A DNA stretch of 64,000 nucleotides from Eledone cirrhosa (GCA_964016885.1 OZ024743.1:376526001-376590000), one strand, 5' to 3'; numbered from the stretch's first letter, positions 1 through 15,980 are shown. Numbers and translations are program-made. The notes: generated by a model from the sequence alone, not told the origin.

Positions 1-180
1 ATCTCCCAGCTTTATACTCTATCGAATAACGTTACTCCAAAGACCCTTCGGAGGAACCCCATTTCGGCTGCCTGTATTCGCAATCATATTCGTTCGCTCA
101 TTACAAAAGATTCATGACCATAGGTAATGGTTGGTACTAATACCGAACTGAAGATAGCGAGTTTGGCTTTTACACCTAAT
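1..180 (-). mobile_element. RTE-clade LINE fragment (post-RT region), degraded
   Basis: Minus strand reads ...RIQAAEMGFLRRVFGVT..., typical of the RTE C-terminal region; similar to 39170-39255. Confidence 0.65.
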
Positions 181-246
181 AATAGTCAACTTCTATAAGA
201 AACAAAAAAAATCCGAATAAAAAATCCGAATAATATAGTCAGAAAG

Positions 247-428
247 AAATCGAAACTCGCATCACGCGAAGGACGAGCTAGTGTGTTAGACACTACGCTA
301 AAGGAGCCCTTACTCATTTACCGTCCTTTAGAAGATTTTTAAGCTTGTAACTAGAAAAATCTGTCCCCCTTGGCGTAATGGCTAACAAACTCGCCTAGAT
401 CCGAGATATGCAGGGTTTGATTCCCCAC
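247..428. mobile_element. Two divergent degenerate tRNA-like (SINE head) segments
   Basis: Minus strand 247-307 GCTCCTTTAGCGTAGTGTCTAACAC...GAGTTTCGATTTC and plus strand 365-428 CCCCCTTGGCGTAATGGCTAAC...GGGTTTGATTCCCC; both have A-box/B-box-like motifs. Confidence 0.45.
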
Positions 429-716
429 AATCATTTCTGTGCATTTTTTCCAATCACCAGAGGTACTTTCTTGGGGAGGGGGTTTCAGCAATTTCTTCTT
501 ACTGTTTCGTTGATCGAACAACAGGAGCACTCATCGTCGAAACCGACTGAGATCCGTTCCATGTGAGTGAGTGTGTCACTGTGTGTGTGCATAGATAGCA
601 GCTAGACGCTGTGTTCGAGCTGTGGGCATGAAATTATTGATATATAGCTGTATTGCTGTATAAACGTTGAGCCATATTAGACAGATAATAGAGTAGCAGT
701 ATCTAATGTAGTAGCA

Positions 717-758
<42 letters not shown>

Positions 759-996
759 CACGTATTTATTGATGCACACATATACACAAGATCAGTCTCT
801 CACGTGCACAAGTTCAGGTACTTAATACACAGATATACTGACGTACGCACATATACATATAGACACATACACACACATACACATACATACACATACACAT
901 TCATACACATACACATACATACACATACAGACATATACATGTATAAATACACTGACTCACGCACTTACAGACAAAGCAGCCTCCGCACATAAACAT

Positions 997-1049
<53 letters not shown>

Positions 1050-1081
1050 TATTGAAGTTTCCGTTGAAAATTGAAAAAGTC

Positions 1082-1118
<37 letters not shown>

Positions 1119-1243
1119 TAATTCATACATACACATACTAAGGCACGCAGCTTCACAAACACATACATTTATACATATGCATACACACACACACACACAC
1201 ACCTACATGCAATTACAGAAACACATATACATATGCACACACG

Positions 1244-1312
<69 letters not shown>

Positions 1313-1565
1313 ACACACACACACACACCTACATGCAATTTCAGAAACACATATACACATGCACACACACACACACACACACATACACCTACATGCAATT
1401 TCAGAAACACATATACACAAGCACACACATACACACATACACACTTACTGACATACACACTTATTGACATACACACATTGACATACACACATAGACATAC
1501 ACACATCGACATACACACATTGACATACACACATTGACATACACACATAGACATACACACATAGA

Positions 1566-2162
1566 CAAATCGTTTTCGAGTACGGCCACTACTTTATATC
1601 CATGTAGGAGAACCCCAACTGATGGGCTGAACGAGTGTGACTTTTTAGTCCAGCCAGCGACTTGAAAACTCTGGTACAAACACTACACTTGTGACAATTA
1701 TTGACACATAGTGCTGGGCCCATGGTACCATGTGACGACAAGTGCAGAGAGATCTCCAGATATAAAGCAATACCTGTGCCGTGAAGCTTTTATAGTGAGC
1801 AAAGGCACTGCACAAAGCCAGTCCCACTCTCTTAACCAAGATGATATTTACCAAAAAGAAGAACAAGTCAACATCATTGGATACCATCAGGATTGCAGGT
1901 GTTATATCAGAGTTTTCCTTCTCCTAGAATTCTGCCTTGACAAAGGCTAAGGGGTCATCTCTCCCGGGGATTTGGGATGGCCATTGACTCTTAAGAGCTC
2001 CTTTGCCCTTTGACAGGTTTTGTTTTTAGTCCAGCAGGATGTCCAACGTCACCCTCTTCACCAAGAAACCCTGGTGGGGTTGCCAATTTAGTCGCCAACG
2101 ACCCGACCATGAGACAGGTTGTACTGGGATACATGTTACCAGTAGCACCAACTGGTGACCTG
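1566..2162 (-). mobile_element. Non-autonomous interspersed repeat, probably RTE-derived (bipartite SINE-like)
   Basis: 1566-1993 is a near-identical inverted copy of 18698-19127. It contains GGAGAAGGAAAACTCTGA, a motif I recognise from RTE 5' regions. A diverged relative lies at 36285-36610. Confidence 0.6.
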
Positions 2163-3280
2163 ACATACACACATAGACATACACACATAGATATACACAC
2201 ATAGGCATACACACATAGGCATACACACATAGACATACACACATAGACATACACAGAAAGACATACACACATAGACATAAACACGTCCACATACACACAT
2301 TCACACAGAGACACACACACATAGACATATACACATAGAGATACACACATAGACACACACACAGACATAAACACATAGACATACATAGACATACACTTAT
2401 AGATATACACGCATAAACACACACATTGACATACACACATAGACATACTCACATATACACATACACATAGAGACATGCACACATAGACACACACACATAC
2501 ACACATATAGACACACATTTACGCATCCATGCATGCACATCCATTGACAATGACGAGAATACAATGAGCAACCATTATGAGACACAACTCTACACATATT
2601 CCTCCCTTCTACTTTATAAGAATATCTCACTAAATATTGACTAAACATATTGTGTGATACAGCTCCAGCTTTCAGCACTTCATTAAACTGGACATGACAT
2701 CTATGTTTTTTATATGTTTGTCTTCATTTTCTCTCGTTTATTTCTTTTCAATAAAGAAAGGTTCACTCTTTAAATAAGAAACGAGGTTTCTTCGATGAAA
2801 AAAAAAACAAAAAATTAAAAACGAAAAAAAAAAAACCACAACAAAATTGCCAAGCACAACAAAAAAAAAAACAAAAAAAAAAACGCACATAAAATAATAA
2901 CAATAACAACAACAATAACAATCGTAGTAATACTAATAATAACAACGACAACTACAATAGATGAAAAGAAACAAGAAAAGTAATTTGATGGAGTCTTAGA
3001 AAAGTCTTACATATTTTTATTCTTCCGCTGATTGAACTAATCAAACACTAGTATAACTGCTCAAAGATACTGCTCAAATATTTAGTCACGTATTGAAGTG
3101 AACCAAACAGTTTTATAGATAAACGATAAACATTTGTGTCTAATATTAATCAAGGTATAAGTTCTGAAGCAATTTCCTATAAGTGTTTCGATTTTGTTTG
3201 CTTAAGTGTTTGTTTGGTATTCATATCGCTGGTTTTGGATCAAACATACACTAGGTTTTCTGGGTCTTATCTAATTTCTT

Positions 3281-3352
<72 letters not shown>

Positions 3353-3428
3353 CGTGCGCGTGTGTGTGTGTATGTGTGAGAGAGAGTGTGTATGTGTGTG
3401 TGTTTGTGTGTTTGTGTGTGTGTATATA

Positions 3429-3497
<69 letters not shown>

Positions 3498-4266
3498 ATA
3501 GATACATATATATATATACACACACACTCATATACATATATATATATGTATGTATGTATGTGTGTGTGTGTGTGTTATCCTATCACCTATCAACTTTGTA
3601 ATAATAATTGCATTTGGTTGAGGTTTCATGAGAATGATTTGCAAATATTCCTTTTGCGGCAAAATAAGATGTTTCAATAACTGTAGAACTTGCCACCAAT
3701 TATATTCTAGCATTAGAAATTCTCCAATAGAACCTTTTTAGTTGTTCTTTCGTTTTTTTCTTTCTTTCTTTTCTTTCTTTCTGTTTTCTTTCGTTCTTTT
3801 CTTTGTTATTTTTTTTATATATTTCTTAACGATGTTCAGTGAAGAGAACAAGAATCGGTTTCTTATGATAAAAAAATATAAACACCCGCCAAAACACAGA
3901 AATATACAAGTTGTCTTTTTTGCTTTGTTTTGTTTTGTGTTCTTTTTTTATTTCGTTGTTTTTATTTTGATTTGTTTGTTGTTGTTGGTGGTGGTGGTGA
4001 TGGTGGTGATGGTGGTGGTGGTGGTGGCATTTAGTCAGATGTCAAAGTTTTACAAATATTAACACAGCACGCATCAAAGCCTCTAAACTTCCGACATAAC
4101 TCATATTTATTATATCACATCACATTGAGCTGGTCTATAGCTATTTTGTTGTTTTTGATATCTAGCTTTGCCTTTTTTTTTATTATATTTAGCTTTGCCC
4201 TTTTTTTTCTCTTATATTTTTTTCCAGAAAAGATATTTTACTTTTCGTTAATATTTAAATATTTTA

Positions 4267-4460
4267 GGGTGGTGGATTGTCAGAATTTGTAGAGCGTAGT
4301 ATAAAATACAATTGTGGTACTTATTCTGACTCTTTACATTCTGGGTTCGAATCTCGCCAAAGACAACTTTGTTTTTCAACTTCCGGGGTCGATAAACTAA
4401 AGTACCAGTCATGTACTGGTGTTGATATAATCAACTTTGCTCTTTCTCCTAATTTTCTGG
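4267..4460 (+). mobile_element. tRNA-derived SINE (octopus OK-type), diverged
   Basis: GGTGGATTGTCAGAAT..GTAGAGCG head, GGGTTCGAATCTCGCC B-box, GGGGTCGATAAA..AGTACCAGT core. Confidence 0.75.
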
Positions 4461-4707
4461 TCCTGCTTTTAAATTAGAAATCAATGTTGAAACATCTCAA
4501 GGTAGTTAATTGGACAGTCATTAAGGTGTTGGATATTTGTTCCAGTTCTCTGCGCTTTAAGTTTAAATTCAGCTGATGTCCAATTTGTCTTTCATCCTTT
4601 TGGTGATGATAAAGAAACCACCATCCCAGCGCTGTTGTAGCCCTCTCACCTTCTTTTGCCCTTGAAGTCATTATATAACATTTTGGTAACGAATAATTGC
4701 ACCAATA

Positions 4708-4925
4708 ATGGTTTCTGATTTAGGCACAAGGCCAACAATTTTTGGGGAGGGGAAAGTCGATTAAATTGACGCTAGTAGATTACAGGTACTTTATTTCATC
4801 GACCCTGTACGGATGATAGGCAAAGCTAACCTGGGCGGGATTTGAACTCAAAACGTAAATGGACATAGCTACAAATGCTACAAAGCATACTGTCTGACGC
4901 TCTACCGATTCTGTCAGTCCAACAC
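4708..4925 (-). mobile_element. OK-type SINE
   Basis: Reverse complement of the same family (GGCGGGATTTGAACTCA, GGTACTTTATTT.ATCGACCC). Confidence 0.8.
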
Positions 4926-5553
4926 CTCAATAATGACAGGTATTCAACTTCTCAAAATCAATAAGATAAAGTTCCAGTCAAGGCCGGTGCATTAACTGAA
5001 TGGCTAGAGCGCTAGGTAAGATACCATGTGGTATTTGTTTCGGCCCTTTGTGTTTTGAGTTCAAATTCCGTTACGGACTACTTAAGTGGTAGACATAATC
5101 CATCGTTTGGTTTAACACAAGCACTTAAACTCTTCACGTCTTTAGCAGAGTCCACTCTGTTACAAGCAATCTTAACACATCCCAAGTTTCAAGATACCTT
5201 CCTTTCTCCTTCAAACAAATCTTGGAGGCTCTGTAAAGGGTAATAAGCACTGACCATCCCTCCCTCACTAAACAGTAAACATTTATAATTTGTTACGAAA
5301 GCTGTCAATTTTACAGAAGTTAACTATAGATATTCTTTTTCCCTTTAACTTTTGATGTAACATTCAAAGCAGCATTTATATTCTTTTTAAAACATTTAAT
5401 CTTCGAAAAACTCAGATTACATTTATTGTATTCAGCCATGTAAAGCGATAAACTATTTGTTTGTTTTATATATATTCCTGCTATATCAAGCGTTAACCTA
5501 ATATATCCCTTCCATATACTGTACCGATTGTGTTGTTATTTCTGTTTACCTTT

Positions 5554-5623
<70 letters not shown>

Positions 5624-6815
5624 TGTAAAGAAAGTGCTCAAGCGCAGAAATACTATAAAGATAATTATGAAATAGGTTAAACACCCTTAAAAGACGGATA
5701 AAGAAGTTACCATCGGTGGCTATGAGGAACTGAACCCCATAGTTCAGAGTGGGGGAAAACATGCCTTTACCTATTCCGACCGTCTACAATCAGAGGTAAA
5801 AATCTAACTGAGGCCAATTTATTATTTATTGTTTGAGACTTGATAAAATAAAGTCTCAGTTTTTGGTGGTTGATGGTCGGAATTATAAATGTCTTGCGAT
5901 ATTTGTGTCGGCTATTTCCGCCGTCATGCGACTTAACACCACCACCTGTGGTGAGGGTGTATTTAGCAGAGTTTACTGTGATGCAATCAAGAGAAGGGGC
6001 GAGTAACTTATTTGTTTTGGAGACAATTTTCCCCGTTCCAGCACCACGCCTGTCAGGGAGATTCTAAAATTAATAAAGGGTCATTGGGCTAGTCTTCCCT
6101 CCACCACTAGGCTTTTAAATAGATATAACAAAAACTGAACAAATTATTTCCAAAATATTTCTAATTATTTCTTTTATTTCCACGGTGCCCCAGCATGACC
6201 TCAGACTGAGAGCTGGAACAGGTAAAAGAGTAAAAGAGTGACTAAAAATATTTTTCTGTTCTCATCCGTCTGTCATCGTAATACGTTTCAAGTGGATTAA
6301 ACTTTATCCGAAATATGTAATATATACTCTTCCTCCACAGAAATTCATCGATATACAGACAGGTTTTGTCATATTGAAACATCGTTTCTTATAGGGAGTA
6401 TTCATACTTATGAGTATTTGGGCAATATCCGGTGGACCAGCTGTGTTAGGAAGAACAAAAAATAAATAAACAAAATTAAAAAAATAAAGCTTAAAAACAT
6501 ATTAAGGAAATATGGGCCGACAAGATTGAGCTCATATGTATTATATAACATCAGAATCTGGCATGCAGATTTACCGCGCATTTTAAGGCTATATTTAGTT
6601 AACATTTGTTCGGAGTGGTGGACTTAAGAGTTTGTAGTGATATACCGCCCATCCATCCGTTAAATCATCCATCCATCCGTTAAATCATCCATCCATCCAT
6701 TCTTTTATTAATCCATCTATCCATCTATCCAGTCACCCATTTATCCATTCATTCATATATTTATACATCCATCCATTCATGCACCCATCCAGTCAGTCAT
6801 TCATTCATTTATCAA

Positions 6816-6924
<109 letters not shown>

Positions 6925-7207
6925 TTATTTATCCATTCATTCAAGCTGAGATAGTTTTCTAATCTATATTGGTGGTATCTAGCAACTAACAAAATATATA
7001 TTTTGATATTATCACTCTTTTTGACATGGGAGCTCAACTGAAATAAGTTTGTCAAGTGTTGAAATCTGTGATCGAGTATCATCATATATTTACAATAATT
7101 TCATTATTGAGAACATGCGTGTTTAACACCCACACGTATGTGTATATATAAATGTATATTTTTTGGTGCAATACTTGCTTATATATATATATATATAAAT
7201 ATATATA

Positions 7208-7307
7208 GGAAAAAGTATGACCACGATGGCAGAGCTTAAGCCGTTTCGACGGCTATTTCTGGAAATAGCCGTCGAAACGGCTTGAGCTCTGCCGTCGGGG
7301 TCATACC
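7208..7307. mobile_element. Palindromic MITE-like element (GGAAAAAGTATGACCCCG family), partial
   Basis: Fold-back GGAAAAAGTATGACC...GCCGTTTCGACGGCTATTTC/GAAATAGCCGTCGAAACGGC...GGGTCATAC next to (TA)n; six copies in the window. Confidence 0.75.
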
Positions 7308-7394
7308 ACATTGGCATAGAACCACATTGGCATACGGTTGGATAATACATGTGTCCCTACATGCATTTTTTGCACGTAGGAAAACATACTTTAT

Positions 7395-7467
<73 letters not shown>

Positions 7468-7583
7468 TATGTATGTATACCTATGATATAATGGTATATA
7501 TGTATGCATATATGTACACATATATATATATAATTATGATTATGTTAATATTAATATAAGTATATATGATTATATGTATATAA

Positions 7584-7645
<62 letters not shown>

Positions 7646-8034
7646 AGTTTATGAGTATGTATTAGTGTGTGTTCCAACATATTTCTACATATATGCAAAT
7701 ACGTATGCATGATATACATAGCTCATCATTAGAAACCCGCATTTGAGATGCAGCGGGATACATCTTTGCCTCATAGATAAATCAAGTACCAGTAATTTAT
7801 TTGTAGTTTAATAAATTGGCCCTAATATTCATTTTGAGAGATTTGAATCCTGGCGTAATATATTAAAAAATATTTTTAAAAACTACAAAAAAAAAAGTAA
7901 AGAAAAGAAAATTCTCAAACACACCCTTATATGTTTACGGTATATACGAGTTGAAATAAGCATTTGTGTGTATATATATTCATATATTTATATATATATA
8001 CACACACATTCATATATACATAAGTATATGTGCT

Positions 8035-8090
<56 letters not shown>

Positions 8091-8102
8091 AGTGTATGGG
8101 CG

Positions 8103-8166
<64 letters not shown>

Positions 8167-8204
8167 AGTATATGTGCGTATGTATATTTATGTATCTCTC
8201 CCAA

Positions 8205-8238
<34 letters not shown>

Positions 8239-8273
8239 ACACACACATTCATATATACATAAGTATATGTGCG

Positions 8274-8333
<60 letters not shown>

Positions 8334-8493
8334 TATGTATATATATACATAAGTATATGTGCGTATGTATCTCTCTCAAATATATATATATAAATACATA
8401 TATATATATATATGTACATTCTTATAAACACATGTGTATGCCTGTATGTATATATATACATATGTGTATGTATATATATATTATATATATATA

Positions 8494-8606
<113 letters not shown>

Positions 8607-8969
8607 GTACGTATATATACACCAACAAGGTATTGATGAAATATATAAAAACTACATGTAAGACTATAAAAAACATACGAATATTCTCCCTGTGTCTCTG
8701 TAAGTATTTTAAGGTGTGGATATATCTCAGTTATGGGGCTAATGTCGGTTTATACATGTATTTCAGAGTCATTGCTCATCGTCAGCAGTTGTTCACTTAC
8801 CACAAGTTACCAGATTATCAAAGACAATATGATTAAGATGTTTTTAAAAAGCATCAAGTACTGACAAATAGTAACTCTTGTGAAATACATCTATACACCA
8901 TTCTTAGCTAGGTAGTAGTGACATGATCATAGCTTAAAATGCTCACTGAGAAACTAAACGTGTTTATTA

Positions 8970-9072
8970 GTGAGTTCAAATCCCGCCGAGGTTGACTTTA
9001 CCTCTCATCCTTACGGGGTCGATAAAATAAAGTACCAGTAATGCACTGGGTATTTGCTGGCCTTGTAGAAAC

Positions 9073-9075
<3 letters not shown>
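8970..9075 (+). mobile_element. OK-type SINE, 3' part
   Basis: GAGTTCAAATCCCGCCGAGGTTGACTTT...GGGGTCGATAAAATAAAGTACCAGT...GTAGAAACAATT. Confidence 0.8.
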
Positions 9076-9130
<55 letters not shown>

Positions 9131-9172
9131 GTGTGTGTGTGTTTAAACACACACACACACACACACACAGAG

Positions 9173-9212
<40 letters not shown>

Positions 9213-9562
9213 TTATATATATTTGTTTTGCGAGGTTGTTTTTGATATGAAATCGTGTGTCGAAACAAATATTGTTATACTTGGGGAGGGTCATATTGTT
9301 GTAATAATATTGCCAGAATTAATAACAGAACACACTCACTGTTTGGTTGGTTTTCGCTTCTATATCTTTTATATCAGTTAATTTATTCGGTCCTCAATGT
9401 TTACCATTGACTGACCAACGGTCAAAAACACACATATAATATAGACATAAACACATATAAAGATGGCGTAGACATATAATACAACAGGAGGAAACATAAT
9501 AGCACCACTGACGATGTTGCAGATGTGCAACGAAAGAACTTTGTTAGACTATATATATTTAC

Positions 9563-9796
<234 letters not shown>

Positions 9797-10146
9797 GTAT
9801 ATTATGGGTGACTTGTATAATCTATTATTATTTATACACTGTATAATAGCTTAGCCAGAGTGGAAGCGGTACCCCACATCCCTGACCATTAACAGCTTCA
9901 TCCAGAATGGAGGCAAGGGTGGGGGATGAATAGTTTCCTCCAAATGCTCTACCCCCACTAAGGCTTGCAATAGAATCGGCCGATCTTCAGGTGAAAATCA
10001 CACCATTCAATCACACCATTCGATACGACGCTTTATTTCCCTATTAAACTTCCGCACTCTCACACACATATGCATATGCACATATAGGTGTACAAATATA
10101 ACCCAACACACACACATACACACATACAAGCACACACATGCATGCA

Positions 10147-10188
<42 letters not shown>

Positions 10189-10189
10189 C

Positions 10190-10410
10190 ATGTGGAAGCT
10201 CACGGCCTAGTGCGTAAAGTCGAACTTACGATCATATTGTCGTGGATTCCATCCCTGGGGTGGGTCTTGAGTTATGTACTTGAGCAAAACACTTCAATTC
10301 ACGTTGCGAATACTGGAGTCCCTATCATGAAAACACATGACAAATCACCCACAAGGTGCGACCTTGTGGGAAGTCTGTTAAACCGGCTTAAGCGTGAGAT
10401 GGATGTATAT
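10190..10410 (+). mobile_element. tRNA-derived SINE (second family), diverged
   Basis: GGCCTAGTG head and CTTGAGCAAAACACTTCAATTCACGTTG shared with 63376-63650. Confidence 0.55.
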
Positions 10411-10439
10411 TTCATTCTCCATATCATATCTAATATCTG

Positions 10440-10529
<90 letters not shown>

Positions 10530-10597
10530 AGAGTGTATATGCTTATGTGTGTGTATATATATATATATATATATACACACACATAAGCATATACACT

Positions 10598-11482
<885 letters not shown>

Positions 11483-11588
11483 AATAATAATAATAATAAT
11501 TGTTTCTACTTTAGGCACAAGGCCAGCAATTACCCAGTGCATTACTGGTACTTTAAACGAAAGATATATACTTTATATCATCGCTATT

Positions 11589-11666
11589 TATTTCATTATA
11601 TATATTTCGAAGATGTAAGGCTTTATGTATAACATATAGGAAAATATGTCCTCTTCAGACAAAATG
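11589..11666 (-). ncRNA. Minimal type I hammerhead ribozyme (C-C stem II family)
   Basis: Minus: CATTTTGT CTGAAGA GGACATAT...ACATCTTC GAAA TATATA TA ATGAAATA; stem I pairs, palindromic stem III, AATAAA follows. Confidence 0.7.
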
Positions 11667-12080
11667 CATACGAGATGTATAATTTTTTTAATGATATGCT
11701 GGTAGACAAACGAGCTGGACAGATCGGTGACCACCAAGCATATCATATAAATATATATATATATATATATATATGATATGATATATATATACCTGAGCGA
11801 AAGCTCAGCCGTCGGACACCAATCATTTACATATATACTTATATATATATGTATTTATAACATTTCAAATTCCGCTCTGAACAATTTCTTCTCTTTTGAA
11901 CTAATTAACATCCATAACTCCCTCCATTTCTCCCATAGTCGTATCATACAGAATATAATAGAAACAAGAGAAACAAAAACAAACAAAAACAAAATGTTTT
12001 GTGTATTTAAGAAAGTGAAAGTAATTATCACATGTCCTGGTTAAATTACACTGTTGCTTGACAATCTGCTATGGCCACAC

Positions 12081-12132
<52 letters not shown>

Positions 12133-12138
12133 ATATAT

Positions 12139-12754
12139 AAAGAGATGAAATCGAAAATGCAACTGGAGTCTTATTTTTTTTTTTTAAATATATATATTTA
12201 TTTGGTTCCTTTACCGGTTTCGCAGTTCTTCTGCTTTTCAAAAGTAGAGTTGAGATGGAGGGTTTGTGGTTTTTCTCACATCTGGTTGGTCTCTGAATGT
12301 TACTTGTTTTATAAAAAAAAGCCTTCGTGAGCCACCTTTTTTTAAAGTAAAGAAATTCAAACACTCATATATGAAAAAAACAACCTGTGACAACCCCCCC
12401 CCCCCCTCTTATTTGAAGACTATTGTAACGCGAACTGGCGCGAAATTTATTATAATTATTGACAAACCAATCAAATTACTTCTCGAAAAACCTGGCATTT
12501 CGAGCCACTTTTTCCATATAAAACAAGTAACATTCAGAGACCAACCAGATGTGAGAAAAACCACAGACCCTCCATCTCAACTCTACTTTTGAAAAGCAGA
12601 AGAACTGCGAAACCGGTAAAGGAACCAAATAAATATATATATATTTTTTAAAAAATAAGACTCCAGTTGCATTTTCGATTTCATCTCTTTTTCTTTATAC
12701 TTTCACTCGTGTAGGACACCTCGGTTATTTTTCAATTTGTAAAAAAAACCTCAC

Positions 12755-12761
<7 letters not shown>
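12139..12761. mobile_element. Inverted-repeat element carrying U3-A8 variant hammerhead motifs (PLE pLTR-like)
   Basis: Inverted arms of about 170 bp (12139-12313, about 12516-12690). The right arm has CTT TTGAAAA GCAG AAGAA CTGC GAAA CCGG TA AAG and then AATAAA. Further copies at 16374-16690 and 46758-46962. Confidence 0.65.
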
Positions 12762-12842
<81 letters not shown>

Positions 12843-12853
12843 ATGTGTGTTTG

Positions 12854-12893
<40 letters not shown>

Positions 12894-12932
12894 ATATTAT
12901 ATAAATGGAAACTATATTTATAAAACCATATT

Positions 12933-12993
12933 TATATAATTATATATATTTCGAGGGTAACAAAACATTGGTACGCTCTCATCAGATAAAATA
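12933..12993 (-). ncRNA. Minimal type I hammerhead ribozyme (C-C family), tandem diverged copy
   Basis: Minus: TATTTTAT CTGATGA GAGCGTACCA...TGTTACCCTC GAAA TATATA TA; stem I partly decayed. Confidence 0.65.
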
Positions 12994-13071
12994 CAAAATT
13001 TGTTTTATAAATATTGACATAACCAAGAAAGAACTTAACGGTTCAAGTTTTTCATGGATATATATATATAT

Positions 13072-13398
13072 ATATACAATATTAATAAATGGAAACTATA
13101 TTTATAAAACCATATTTATTTCATTATATATATTTCAAGGATACCAAGTTAAATCATGGTATGCCTTCATCAGACAAAATACAATATATAACAGTTTTAC
13201 AAATAGATATTGACGTACCCTTTCAAAATGGTGACCGTTGTTTTTGAAAGGGTACGTCAATATCTATTTGTAAAACTGTTATATATTGTATTTTGTCTGA
13301 TGAAGGCATACCATGATTTAACTTGGTATCCTTGAAATATATATAATGAAATAAATATGGTTTTATAAATATAGTTTCCATTTATTAATATTGTATAT
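13072..13398. mobile_element. Perfect palindrome (157-bp arms, 13-bp spacer) with two outward-facing hammerheads; PLE-like relic
   Basis: Arms 13072-13228 and 13242-13398 are reverse complements; HHR at 13289-13353 (+) and 13117-13181 (-). Confidence 0.8.
13289..13353 (+). ncRNA. Minimal type I hammerhead ribozyme (C-C family)
   Basis: TATTTTGT CTGATGA AGGCATACCA..TGGTATCCTT GAAA TATATA TA ATGAAATA; 8-bp stem I, 10-position stem II with C-C at pair 4. Confidence 0.8.
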
Positions 13399-13483
13399 CT
13401 ACTCCAAATGTTTGTCGAGTGCTTTATATCAGTTATAATAATAATATTTGCTTGTTGTATCCCAACAATTTAAATAGAACTTT

Positions 13484-13548
<65 letters not shown>

Positions 13549-13734
13549 ATATATATATATATATGTGTGCGTTTGTATATATATATATATATATATACAA
13601 ATACACACACGCATATATATATATATATATATAGTACTTGATAAATACGTCTCTGTCCTGTTTGTCCATCATTTGATTTCGTCAACTATTATTATAGTTG
13701 TCTGTTTTGTGGCGACTATAAATTTAGACATTTG

Positions 13735-13800
<66 letters not shown>

Positions 13801-13854
13801 CATGTATATATAAAGGTGTATATGTTTGTGAGGCTGAGAGAGTGTGTGTGTGTG

Positions 13855-13893
<39 letters not shown>

Positions 13894-14341
13894 ATGCATG
13901 TGTATTTGTGTGTGTACCTGCATTTGCATACACATACACACACGAAATTAGACATAAATATTCAGTCACACATATCTCTTGTGTAACATATAAAAAGAGG
14001 TAATAGAGAGCGTGAGGAAGAGAACGAGAGAGAGAGAGAGAGAGGAAGAGAACGAAAGAGAGAGAGAGAGAGGAAGAGAACGAGAGAGAGAGAGAGAGAA
14101 AGAGAGATAGAGAGAGGGGGGGGGTTAGTTAATCATACATTAGCCTACTTAGTCGTGGTTAGTCAGTGAAAATTGTAATTATCAGGTAACCAAAGTAATG
14201 GCCGATCATTTCAAAGTAGTGTCGGAATAGTTGACTGTAATTGATAACTGATCAATCAGTTATCATCTGACTGACCAGGTGAATTAATCCCTCTGTCTCT
14301 ATCTCTCTCACTATTTATGTATCTACCTGTTTATCTATTTC

Positions 14342-14394
<53 letters not shown>

Positions 14395-14594
14395 TTAGCT
14401 AGCTAGTTATCACCCCTTCCCCCTCTCTCTCTCTCTCTTTCTCTCTCTCAACATATATATTTTATTTATATATATATTATATATATTATATATATATATA
14501 TTTTCATATATATATATATATATATTTAATTACATATAACATATGATTCTTTGTTCTCTTATATAATGTTATTATTGATATATATATATATATA

Positions 14595-14720
14595 GGAAAA
14601 GAGTCAGGACCCCGACGGCCGAGCTCCGACAGCAAGATCCTATTACCCACTCTACTACACTAAGTATCGAGTACTCTGGTGCCTTATAGTCCACCTGGTT
14701 CGTTACCACACTTCCTTCGT
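14595..14720 (+). mobile_element. GGAAAA-palindrome family element, internally deleted, with tail
   Basis: GGAAAAGAGTCAGGACCCCGACGGC... followed by tail TATTACCCACTCTAC...CTTCCTTCGT. Confidence 0.7.
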
Positions 14721-14741
14721 TATATCTATATACCTGTGCAC

Positions 14742-15837
<1,096 letters not shown>

Positions 15838-15980
15838 GCCTTCGTGCTTCGCGTCAAAAAACTGGCTCAAAGCCGTTCTCGACGCTAGCACTCTGGCCAC
15901 GTCGCCGCTTCTAATTGCCTCTTCTACTCTATCTATTAGCTCCCTTTCCTTCCTATTCCTATCCGCAGCTAGAACCTTAC
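15838..15980 (-). mobile_element. Internal Tx1-like ORF2 fragment, opposite orientation
   Basis: Near-identical to 58243-58385; flanked by (TATC)n. Confidence 0.85.
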
